NCBI GenBank assembly: GCA_021613535.1 | Contig: CP075497.1 | Coordinates: forward strand, 11,036,001 to 11,100,000 | Source of the DNA: Adineta vaga | Taxonomy: Eukaryota; Animalia; Rotifera | Length of the DNA: 64,000 nt | Direction of reading: 5' to 3' | Shown: piece after piece, positions 24,161-36,586 of the stretch | How positions within the stretch are numbered: position 1 is the first letter of the stretch | How the letters are laid out: every line of letters starts with the position of its first letter | Program-made: the position numbers and the translations under genes | Notes under the pieces: generated by a model | What the model was told of the DNA's origin: nothing | Databases searched by the model: none | The model's input: only the letters and a program-made list of their open reading frames with translations

Positions 24161-27100
24161 TTATTCAACAATGCCTTGTTTAACACGTTCAAGTCGTTGA
24201 CGAAGTAATTCCCGTGTACGTTGGGCTGAAGCATCCACTGGTGTTGATAGAGAAGGAGATGGATCAACTGAAGGTTCAGTTGTTTTATTTGATCGTAATG
24301 CTGCTAATCGAGCATTGACACCAGTTGTATTATTAGCAGTTGTTCCACCATTATTTAAACGAGATTCAAGCTAAATTAATTATAAAAATAAAAGTTTATT
24401 AAAGAATTAAAACTAAATAACATACTTCAACATCAAATGCATCCTAAAAAGAGAATTCGATGAGACAAAAGAAAATAATGACAAAACAAAACAAACTTGT
24501 CCTGTTGTAATTGGAGTTGCAGCAAGACCACATTGTTGACGCATTTGTGTTAGATGTTGTGAATAAACTTGAGGATCAATTGGTGTTGATGATGTTGCAA
24601 ATGTATTACCAAGTTGATCACGAAATTTTTCTTTAATTGCATTCATACGTTTATTATAAATTGCAACGAAATCATCATCTGAAACAGGTTTTTGTTGTTC
24701 AATATTTCCTGATGTTGGTAACGTATCAATCCAAACAAATTGTTCTTTTAATGCACGTAATTTGTCTTCGTGAATTTGTGCATATCTAAAACAAATGTAA
24801 AACTTAGATTTTCAAGTTAAATTGACAAATGATCTTACTGAGAGTAGAATGAACTGGGTGCACCTTGATTTGGCATTGATGTTATTGTTTGTGTTTTATC
24901 TCGAAGAATAGTTGATGATGGTGATGATAAATTTGATGTTGTCGATGTTGCTGTAGCAGTACGTTGATTGTGTACTCGTGCTAAACCTTCATGAATGAAT
25001 TTTTGAAAAGCATCTGCTGTTGTTGCTAAGAATGGATTAATATCCACATTTGGAAAGCGTAATTTGAAATCATATAATTCTTCTAGACCAACTTTAACTT
25101 GATCTCGACGAGCAAATTTTTGAAAAATTGTTTTTAACATTGTTTGATGTTGTTGAGTAACTTGTTCATTATTTATTCCCGATGTTGAAACTGTAAGAGC
25201 TTTTAATTTACGATGAACATAATGGCGCATTTCATCGGAAATTGGTTGTTGATCAGCTGGTATACGTGATAGATCATCAAGAATTGAACGTTGACGTTCG
25301 TCGACTAATTGTTGAAGATAGGTTTTGATTATTCGAAGTGGAAAATCATTTGTTGGAGATGCTTGCCAACGACGTGATGGAAGTTGTTTGAGAAACGATG
25401 ATATTTCAATTAAAATTTGTGTAGCATCGATTTCAGATGGATTATTTTTAAGTGATAATGGAAACATTCGAACCAAACGATAATGACACTACAGAAAGAG
25501 AAGAAAAAATAAGTAGATTTGTGAAATATATAATTTACTTTTAGAACAAGTTTAACAAATGGATCATTAATCGAAAAATCATTTTGAAGACAACATTCAG
25601 TTAAAAGACGAATTAAGGCTGTTAAAACATTGGTCATATGTGCATGTTGTAAAATTTTTAATACAATTACATTAACAATCCGAATAAAATCTTCGTTCGA
25701 TGATGCATCAACTCTTGGTGCTGTATGATGATGATTTGTATTCGTTGAAGGTGTTATTGTTACAACAACGAATGGTAAAAGTACATTGAGTAATTCTTTC
25801 AAAGTATCACGTGTAGCAATTTTAGCGAGATGTGAACGTGAAAAAAGATCAAGTAAAACTGATAGAATGCCACGAAATAAACGTTCAACACTATCACTTG
25901 GTAATGATGAATCATACAAATGATTTTGTTGAGCAATACGTAATTTCATCGAAAGCATACGAAGAAGTTTATCAACATGTTGTTCAAGATAGATACATTT
26001 TGCTGCATCATTAAGGACTTCATCGATTTGTGCTAAAGATGATAAACTATTATTCACTTCATGATCAGCAATAAGTGCAATAACAAGATCAATAGATTGA
26101 CGACAATCAGATGAAGCAGCTAAATATGAAACTGGAATTGATGTAGTAGGTACACTAAATAGATATATGTCAAATTATTCTTTCGAATATTCAAATAAAA
26201 AACAACATACGTTCGTGGTGGTAGATCTGGAAGCTCATAATCATTAGGTAATTCACTTGAAAGTAAATCAGGTAAACGAAGTGCATCCATATGATCATCA
26301 TTGAGTGCCAATTGAAATTGTCCTGGTTTCTTTTCAGTTTTTGATTGCATACGTTGTGCAGCAGCAAGACGTTGTTGATCATCTTCATCTTGCATTGTTG
26401 ATGCTAAATCTGAATCTGTTTCCATTGCTTGTTTTGGTGGTGATGGTGCTGTAGCTGGTCGACCTTTTCCTGGAACGGGTCGACCACCTTTGACTGTTGT
26501 TGCAGCAGCACTACCTGGAGGTGTTTTACCGGTTGCAGCTACATTAGCCTAGAAGAAAATACATCAATAAGGGATGATTGTAAAATAACTTTACGCTTGT
26601 AGATGAAAAACAAGACATACCTTTCCTTTCGCATCTTTTTTCTTATCATCTGTTGTTTCAGCAGCTGCACCAGCTTTGGCACCTACAGCTGGTTTCTTCT
26701 TATTAACAACTGCAGCTCCTTTTGGTGGTGACGATGGTAGTACGTCTTCTTCATCATCATCTCTGTCAGGGATTACAACCTCAGGTTTGACAACAACAAC
26801 AGCACCGCCACCTTTAATAGTTTTTACCACTGTTGGTGCTGGTGGAGGCGGAGCAGCTGAGGGTGGTGGACGAGGTTCACCACGAGAATTGAGTAGAACT
26901 GCTTTTTCTGCATATTCTTTGATCTAAATCAAACGCTATTTAGAACACTTTTTATCTCTTCTGAATTAATTATTACTTTGCTCAGTTTAAGATCATCTAA
27001 ATCCGTTATATTTGGAAGAATATGCTTTTCACCAAGACATTTCCATAACATTCCAAGACTTTCAAATGCACTATCACGTACACTTGGATCTGCATCACCC

Positions 27101-30100
27101 GTATTCTGCAATTACAAATCAACAGATATTCAACATCAGTCACTATTTCGTTCCGATCATCGCTTACCTTAATCAAAGGTGGTAGATACAATTTGAGAAC
27201 TTTTTTAGGTAAAGTTGTTTGTGTCGCCATAGCAAAACATTTGGTGAGAAATTGTTCAGTAGACTGTCGAACAATCGGAGTTTTATGAGCTAATGCTGCA
27301 ACTGCAGTTTCAGCCATTTGTTCGAGATTAGTCTACAAATAAATATATTCAATACATTTTGTTCAATATGAAACAAAAAACATACTCCAGGATAAGCTGC
27401 TTCACATGTTTCACGCAATACTTCAATAACATTGGTTTTCTTTTCTCGAAATCGATCAAAGCATACTTCAAGTACCTAAATAAAAATAGTGAAATAGTTT
27501 CTTTTAGTAAATTTAGCACGATGATATTTACTCCAACAGCATGATTTTTAAATGCTTTTCGTAAACCTTTAGCTAATCCTGTTAAACATTTGGCTGTTAC
27601 AAGAACTACAGGTACATTACTATCTTTTGAAATGATCTAAAAGAAAATGAATCCAATCAGAAATAGAGCAGAAGAAACATAAAGATATTCATCCAAACCT
27701 TGGATAATGCTTTGATCAATTCAAAATAATCACCATCTGTTGCTAATTTTGGATTCTGAGTTAATAAGGTTAATAAATCATCTAAAACTTCTTTTCGATC
27801 TTTCCATTGTTTTGATTCCTATGTAAAAAATAATCAATAGTTTTTAGCGAATAAAGAATGGATCTATTGACACTTACAATTTTTTCAAAGAAATCCTTTG
27901 GTAATCGTTCAAGAATGTTTGCAGCTTCTAACATTTCAAGTGGATCAAGTTCTTCTTGTGCTAAATATATAAAATGAAATTGAATAGAATTGATGATTTC
28001 TGTTAAAAATATACCTTCCGCTTCAACTTCATCAACAGCAACTGATGCAGCTGCACCGCCACTACTTGCACTTGCTTGTCCTTGTTTTTGTTTAGAACTT
28101 TGCTGTGAACGAAGAAAACGAGTTTGTCGTGGTTTATCAGCACCAGTTAGATCTAATTTATCAAACTCAGTTTGTAATTCTTGCATCTACAACAATACAT
28201 CATTCGACATTCCTATGGATCATTTTATGATAATCATACCTGAATAGGTTTAACATTTTGTATCATTGGCATCAGAGTTTGTTTACCGATCCATTTATAG
28301 ATTTCCACAAGTAATAATTTGGCTTCATCACGAACAGTCTTATCTCGATCTTCAAGTAGTGGAACGACTTTAGGAAGGAATGGTTTAATTGGAAGAACTT
28401 TGGAGCCGAATTCTCTGGAAGAACAAAATCGACGATTATGAAATAAATGTAAAGAACATGAGAACGTACGATAATCCTTTTCGAAGAAGTTCAAGACAAG
28501 CTTGAACAATCTTTGGTTGTTTATTTTCCAATCCTTTAACTAATTCGTCTTCAATTTCAGTATTTTTATCAATTTCAATATACATAAGAAGAATATCGAA
28601 TGCACGTTCTTTAATTTTTGCTCTGCCACTAAGACATTTACTAACTAATATTGGAACAATTTCACCAACAGTTCTATTTTATAAAAGAAAAGATAGATGT
28701 CTTTTAAACAAATCTAATCTCTTGAGATACTTACGTTCGTGCAACATAAGCTTCTTGAATGAATATAACTAATGCTTCAAGACCTTTTTCTTTCGCATTT
28801 TCATTAGCATCTAATGCAAATCGTGGTAAAAGATCTAAATAATCTTCAAATTCGCCACTTTTGCTTGAATCTTGTGTCGCAAAAACTTTGCCACATTCTT
28901 CGTAGCCAGCCAAACGTGCATTCCATAACTGGATAAATGAAAATGAATGAATAGAATCGATTGGCATTCTTTTACTTACTTTGTGTTGTACTTTTTCGTC
29001 ACATGGCAATTTCTGCCATTCGGGATCATCAATAGGTTTTTCACTACGAGCCTAAGAAGAACAAAAAAAACGTTCTTAGTGAATAAATTCATTGAAATTC
29101 ATATCTGATAAGCAGAACACTATTGCGTAATTTCTCATAGGAAGCTATAATAATGAAAGATCAAAACAGAAACAGATGCGTGGATACCCAGGAGAAAAAA
29201 AAGAAATCAATTATAATAGAATAATAAATAAAATGAAAGAACAAAGAGAGAGAAAAACAAAGTGTAACAAATGATTAAACAGTCGTTGTATTCGTTAAAA
29301 GAGGAGTAAAATACAAATGTCAAGGCACGATTAAGGAAGAAAAAGAATAAGAAACAAGAAATTTTATCACATAATTTGAATATAAAATTTGCTATGCCGA
29401 TGATTTTTTAATAATTAATGTTGGAATTGATCGCATAGGAATACGACTTTTTGTACTTAGAGTTCCATGAATAGAAGAAGAAATGAGATTGCTTGATGTT
29501 GGACGAGAAATTGAAGGTGGTAATGCTGATGATGGAATTGATCCTTGTGTATTTGTACTACTTATAGATGATGTTGAACCTCCGTTTGACGTTGATTGAC
29601 GTTGGAAATTTAAGGATGGTGAACTCGAGGGTGTGAGCGATGAACGTCGGGCATTGGCTGTTACTGATAGAGTAGATGGTATTGGTTGGGTTGTAAGTAA
29701 AGCATTTGGACGTTGTGTACGGATTTGATTATTGTTTGATATCGATTTTGTTGATGATAATGGAGCAGTTATTGGTCGAACTTTTGATGAATCAAGTTTT
29801 TCATTTGCTGTGGATAAACTTGTAAGAGATGGTTTGGTACGAGAAGAAATCATACGAGATACTGTACCAGTGATCGGAATAGACGCCTGCAATAGCACAC
29901 AAACATATACACGAATGAAAAAAAAAAACGATACTAAAAGGTATATGTATATGTTTGTATGTCTTCATTGAACGAACAAAGAAGAGAACGCACACACAAA
30001 GTAAAATCAAAGAAATAAGGAATGTTCGAAGAGTAAATGTAAAATTAATTAGAGGCAAATTTACCTTTTGAGGTCGTGATTCTCTTTTCTTCTCTTCTAT

Positions 30101-32508
30101 TGGTTCACTAGTTGTTGCTGCTGGTTTAGCTGTTGTCGCTGGTTTTTTCTTTGTGGCAACAGCTGCTGGTTTAGCTGTCGTTGATGGACTTGCTGTTTCC
30201 TCATCTCTATCAGCAGCGATATCTGATTTCGATACTGTTGAACTCGATGGTTTCTTTGTCATTGTTGCTGAATTAATAGATGATGCCGTCGATTTTGGCA
30301 CTGCTGCTGCTACAGAAGCTGTTGAACGAGGTTCTCCACGAGAATTGAGTAGAACTGCTTTTTCTGCATATTCTTTGATCTAAATCAAACGCTATTTAGA
30401 ACACTTTTTATCTCTTCGAATCAATTATTACTTTGCTCAGTTTAAGATCATCTAAATCCGTTATATTTGGAAGAATATGTTTTTCACCAAGACATTTCCA
30501 TAACATTCCAAGACTTTCAAATGCACTATCACGTACACTTGGATCTGCATCACCCGTATTCTGCAATTACAAATCAACAGATATTCAACATCAGTCACTA
30601 TTTCGTTCCGATCATCGCTTACCTTAATCAAAGGTGGTAGATACAATTTGAGAACTTTTTTAGGTAAAGTTGTTTGTGTCGCCATAGCAAAACATTTGGT
30701 GAGAAATTGTTCAGTAGATTGTCGAACAATCGGAGTTTTATGAGCTAATACAGTAGTTGCTACTTCCGATAGTTGTTCAAGATTTGTCTAAATGAAAAAC
30801 GAATTCGTGTTTTTTATTGAAAATAGCTTGCTGAAAATAGTCACCGATGGATATGCAGCATCACATGTTTCACGCAATACTTCAATAACATTGGTTTTCT
30901 TTTCTCGAAACCGATCAAGACATACTTCAAGTACCTAAATAATTATATCGAACAAATAAATATTATTTTCAACATTGAAGAAATACTTACTCCAACAGCA
31001 TGATTTTTAAATGCTTTTCGTAAACCTTTAGCTAATCCTGTTAAACATTTAGCAGCAACAAGGACTACAGGTACATTACTATCTTTGGCAATAATCTATC
31101 CAACAAGAAAATGCATTCAATTATGATAAATCTTCATTTTTTGCATACTTTTTTCAACGCTTTGATCAATTCAAAATAATCACCATCTGCTGCTAGTTTT
31201 GGATTCTGAGTTAATAAGGTTAATAAATCATCCAAAACTTCTTTTCGATCTTTCCATTGTTTCGATTCCTAGAACATTTGTATGTATTCACTAATCAATC
31301 TTGTTTTTTGAGAACTTCATCTTACAATTTTATCGAAGAAATCTTTTGGTAATCGATCAAGAATATTGACAGGTTCCATCATTTCAAATGGATCAAGTTC
31401 TTCTTGCACTAAAATATCAAGAAGACAGTCGACATAGTTCTATATTTATAATTACAAATATATACTTTCAACATTGACATCTTCAACAGCAACCGATGAA
31501 CTAACTGTTGTGGATGCTTGAGTTTGTTCCATTTTTTGTTTAAGATCTTGTTGTGAACGAAGAAAACGAGTTTGTCGTGGTTTATCAGCACCAGTTAGAT
31601 CTAATTTATCAAACTCAGTTTGTAATTCTTGCATCTACAACAATACATCATTTGACATTCCTATGGATCATTTTATGATAATCATACCTGAATAGGTTTG
31701 ACATTTTGTATCATTGGCATCAGAGTTTGTTTGCCGATCCATTTATAGACTTCTACAAGTAATAATTTGGCTTCATCACGAACAGTCTTATCTCGATCTT
31801 CAAGTAGTGGAACAACTTGTTTCAGGAAAGGTTTGATTGGAAGAACTTTGGAACCGAATTCTCTGCAAAAATAAATTCAATAATTATAAGATGCATACGA
31901 AGAATATAGAGGCATACGATAATCCTTTTCGAAGAAGTTCAAGACAAGCTTGAACAATTTTTGGTTGTTTATTTTCCAATCCTTTAACTAATTCTTCTTC
32001 AATATCGACTTGTTTTTCGATTTCAACATACATAAGCAGAATATCGAATGCTCGTTCTTTCATTTTTGTACGTCCATTTAAACATTTACCGATTATTCCT
32101 GGTGCTACTTCACCAACAGTTCTAAATAAAATGCAAATGTGATAATTTACTTCTACAGGAAAAGGAAGAAGAAATTACTTACTTTCCTGCTACTTGTGCT
32201 TCTTCCACAAAGGCAAATACAGCATCCAGTGCTTTTTCTCGAGCATTCTCATTTGTATCAATAACAAATTTTTTTATAAGTCCAAGATATTTACTAAATT
32301 CAGGACTTTTATCTGAATCTTGTGTACGAAATAATTTGACACATTCTTCATATCCAGTTACACGAGCTTTCCATGCCTAAATATCCAGTAAAAAATAAAC
32401 AATGTTAAGTTGTCACTCATTGAATAGTTTAAGTACTTTATGCTGCACTTTTTCATCGCATGGCAATTTTTGCCATTCGTTGTCATCACCACCACCGCTA
32501 GTTGCCAT
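24161..32508 (-). CDS. CKAP5: XMAP215/ch-TOG/Msps microtubule polymerase, long isoform TOG1-TOG2-TOG1'-TOG2'-C-terminal domain
   Basis: [75 protein letters not shown]; C-terminal helical domain (GLEELYDFK..P.VDINPFL...FQKFIHEGL) ending LRQRLERVKQGIVE*. Confidence 0.93.
26870..32490 (-). repeat. Intragenic direct duplication of the TOG1-TOG2 unit (~26870-29051 vs ~30326-32490, offset ~3.45 kb)
   Basis: Near-identical blocks 26870-27294 vs 30326-30749 and 28104-28415 vs 31552-31865, including introns; intron positions are shared throughout. Confidence 0.95.
29392..29886 (-). CDS. CKAP5: Alternative terminal exon of XMAP215: Ser/Thr/Arg-rich tail with SxIP motif
   Basis: Phase-0 acceptor (ttgcag|GCG TCT ATT CCG) matches the phase-0 donor at 30065 (CAA AAG|gtaa). 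Open ~164 codons ending TKSRIPMRSIPTLIIKKSSA*. Confidence 0.7.
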   Translation of the reverse strand, partial: ASIPITGTVSRMISSRTKPSLTSLSTANEKLDSSKVRPITAPLSSTKSISNNNQIRTQRPNALLTTQPIPSTLSVTANARRSSLTPSSSPSLNFQRQSTSNGGSTSSISSTNTQGSIPSSALPPSISRPTSSNLISSSIHGTLSTKSRIPMRSIPTLIIKKSSA

Positions 32509-33513
32509 CTAGAAGAAAAACGAAATGATGTGTCTCCTTGAATTAAAATATGACATGTAAAAAAAAAGATGAGCTATCAATAGACGGTTGAATGAACAAC
32601 CTTAGATATGTAGGTAGGCAAGATGATGTCATAAGATATGCCGATTTCTCACGACATTTAAAGGACAGAAGAAAAAGAAAAACAAAATGTAAAAAAAAAG
32701 AATAACGAGACGAACGAACGAACGAATAAGATGAAGAAAGAAACGAAATTACACCGTAGTTCAATCAATAGTTTAGTTCGTTCGTGTATATGTATTGATT
32801 TGAATTGAATCATTCATTTTTGGCGAGGAATATTATTCATTATTTGACCAATCAAATTCAATATCGATGAATAATACGAAAATCCTTTCTTATCGAAAAT
32901 TGAAATTATTTCAATGAAATTAAAAACGAAACAAGACTAAGAAATATTATAAAATCGACAAATCCATCACTAATCGTGAAATCTGTTATGATAGATGTCG
33001 CTAATTCTTGTCTAATGAATATATTTATTATTCATAAAGAACTCACTTGTAATTATAGACTTCTTTTAGAATTTGTTAGTGAAATTCCGACTCTGAACCA
33101 ATTTTCTCGATGTTAATGAGAAAATTCGACACCTGTTACCAAATGTTAAAAATACATGTTACAAATAATCAATATGGAAATATTTAAATCTGTTTCTCTA
33201 TTCACAAGATTTACACACAACGACAGCATACTGAGGAAAATGTCTGATTTTTTAAAAATTTATCGGTCCTTCGATGATGTTTATTCTAGACAAGTTTCTC
33301 GAATTGACACTATTGTTTCGGGTACACAACAAGACTGTATGTGGAAGGAACCAGGAACAATCGTAATAGTCTAAGTCGATCAATGCTTATATGAACTGAT
33401 ATTCTTTAAACTTTCGATTAAGATTTCAAAAGATAAATATACAGTTATTATTTATTTTTTTTAATATACCTTTTTAAAGTCCACAAAGAATAAATAAGAA
33501 TAATATTATTATT

Positions 33514-34178
33514 TTATTTTTTTTGTTTGACTGTAAAAGCGACTTTGCCACATCCATATGGTGCAGGTGCTGATGGATCAACTTCGGAGACTGTAACAGT
33601 CATATTAAAGTTACCAGAAGCTAAGAAAGTTGCTGCTGTTTGTGTAGCATCAGGAAGATCAATTGGATGATCAATGAGATTGATTGTTTGAGGTTTAATA
33701 TCGAATGGGCATGTGCAATCTATACCATATTCGGCCAATGCTGCTGGACAGTTCTCTGGTGAAAATTCTGTTAAGATCCCTTGAAGAAAAGCGCACAAAT
33801 CAGGATAAGTACATGAACCAACATTTTGTCCATTAACGATATAGCATTTGACTGGAAGTTTAATTCCATTAACACTACGTATGATATCTAAACTTACTTT
33901 TACAGTTTCTAGAATAGAAATTCGAAAGACAATATCATTTATGTGTCGCTATGTATAAAAACAATTGAATACTTACTAACGGGACGTTTCAATATTGCGT
34001 TAAATGAAAAAAAAGCAGGACCTGGATTGTATAATGGCATTGGTTTAATATCGACATTTATAATGTCAGTACTTTTACTACCACAATCGGCAAATTGTAA
34101 TTTTGTGTAATCTTGAGCATATGTCGTTAATACCAAGACGACAGCAGCAAAGATCAATGAAGCAATGGATCTGTGCAT
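33514..34178 (-). CDS. GM2A: GM2 ganglioside activator-like ML-domain lipid-binding protein
   Basis: Signal peptide; FADCG...IKPMPL.NPG; one intron; VGSCTYPDLC...CP......GIDCTCPF...FLASGNF. Confidence 0.85.
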
Positions 34179-35577
34179 TATTTTATGTCTTTATCAATCG
34201 ATAGAAGAAAATAAGCTTCGATAATTATTCTGTTTTTCATCGAGTTTTTGAATAAGCTTTAAATACTTTACCATTCGTATGAATGAGAGCCCACACATCT
34301 GCTATGTACTACAACATTGATAAGTTTTTAACAGTTGGTAAAAACACGATCAAAGACTCCTCTATTTTCACACACCTCTCCAATCAATTTTAAGTACCAG
34401 TCTTACTTGTTATATTTAGATTGCGATTAAGAAAAGCAAACTTTAATGTACTAGACCTTTGACCAATAATAGTAAAATTGATCACTTCTGTCGTTTATTC
34501 TCATGCATTGATTAAAATTTATTCGTCAAATTCATGACTTTTCTAATGATAAACTTTCTAGAGAAGCACGTATTGTACCTTCTGAAAATATCTAATATAT
34601 TCTTTGATCTTTCAGTTTCTATATTCATGAAAATCGATTTATAATTACAATATGATCTATAATGTTTAATCTCTGTCGGATTTAGTGATGGGAAATCCCC
34701 TATTAATAATTATGGATACACATTGCTTATGCGAAGTCTTGAATAATGTTGTGGAACTTCCCTATTTAGTATTGACATTGTTTACAGTCGCATTGAAGGA
34801 TTCAAACAAAGATAATTTAATAGAATTTTCGTACTTCCTCGACGACTTCACCTAACAAAAACAGAATCGTTACATTCATCTTCTCATTCTTTGGTTCTTA
34901 TATATCAAAAATATTTTCCTGTTATGAAAGTTTTTCGAACAAATATGAAACTTTTTATCAGGTATTTTTCTTTAAACAATTATAGAAAAAAAAGAATTGA
35001 CTTCAGATAATTGAAATGTAAAATAATGTTGAAGAACGAAAAACTTACGAACTACAATGAAACAACATGCAGTTAAATAGAAAATCCTATTGCAGTAAGA
35101 TTACAACTAGCAACTATTACATTTCTAAGAACTTGATTAACAATAGAATAAATAAATGAGTAAAGACGTAAAAGTCTCATTTATATCATAATAATTTAAG
35201 TTTTGAAAAAAACTACTATGTTTTATTAGAATCATCGGAGAACTATTATTCATTGATATTTGTTTTTAACCCCTTAAGTATTATCGGTACGTTTAGTTGT
35301 CAGAGAAATCTTTATGAAAAAATGAAGAATATCATTTCTAAACTGTTTTTTTTTCTGTGGGTAAAAGATTAATTTTAACGTTTTACGATATTTTCTTCTT
35401 TGAACTTTTCTGTTAATGTCATTTCTCATCGTCAGTACCAACAGTATTTTGATTTATATTTAGTAAGGTATTATTTTCGTGGTACTGTTTGTAAATTGAT
35501 CGTTTATATATATGCTGATATACATTCACGTTTTGCAGCAATTAGTATAAAGGAAAAATAGTATCTCTGAGACCCCC

Positions 35578-35648
35578 GATGCGAGTGTAGGTGTGGATAT
35601 GAATATGCTTTGAGACAATGTATTCACACCCACACTCACTCCCACCCT
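35578..35648. repeat. Imperfect inverted repeat built from degenerate GGTGTG/TGTGGG hexamers
   Basis: Left arm gatgcg agtgta ggtgtg gatatg aata; right arm tattcacacccacactcactcccaccc; ~15-nt spacer. Confidence 0.55.
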
Positions 35649-36586
35649 CTTCAAAAGCACCTTCTTCTATGATCAGTCTATCAATAATCACTCTTGTTTC
35701 TTTTTTGAAAAATTCATTCTAATTGAATATTATGGTTATTAGTTTTTGCTTTTTTCACAAAACGTATATTAATAGATATGATTTCGAAGAAAGTTGACTT
35801 TATCGAAGTAAAAATGTATTAACATGCTTATTCACTGATGTGAAAGAAGAAGAAATTGATTTCATACTTATTCTTTCAAGAAATAAAATCTTATATTTTT
35901 AGATAATCGTGTTTCAAAACAAATTAGCGCCACTATATTTCGAATAAAATATTCAATATATCGAATTGGATAGTGTCATTACCAAATCGAAAAAAATCGA
36001 AGAATATTTTATATGAATCATCCAAGTGCATCAGTAATATAAACAATCGTATAAATTACTTTCCGTTGAGATACGATATCACAGATATATTTTTCGAAAA
36101 ACGAAGCACATGATGTAAAGCTTACAAAAGAATACCATTGCATTCTAGCGATTTTTTTCGATTAGTTATAACGACATTGTTTTTTTTAAATATAAGTGAA
36201 GAGATAAGAAATAAATGGTTCTATTCTACACTTTTTATCTCATAAGCTTTCTTTCTTTTTCATTCGGATCAGTTCGCTCTTTTTTTTTGTATTCTTTCGA
36301 CTGTCGAAATAAATATTACTCTGCATTTATCTTCATCATCATTACAACAATAGGCTTACGAATAAACATATCTAGTTGTAGGTTAAAGGTAAGAATCGTG
36401 TGATGTACGTTACGAATATCAATAAATTAGAACGGATTTAAATCAACATTCAAGAAAAAATGTTATCAATTATTGAATTGATTTCTGTAATAACATCGAT
36501 GATATAGTTCAATATTCACAAAAGACAAGTTCATCAAGTGGAGAATCTCTTTCATATTTTAGCATTGCTTCTTCTAGAAATTTTAG

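Noticed and set aside
26800-29051. Second TOG1-2 unit as a separate paralogous gene
   Set aside because: Its first exon starts at an in-phase acceptor with no Met, and the upstream unit lacks the conserved C-terminus, so a single alternatively spliced gene fits better.
34680-34930. Stop-interrupted frame that might be a decayed gene or transposon
   Set aside because: No recognisable domain, terminal repeats or target-site duplication.
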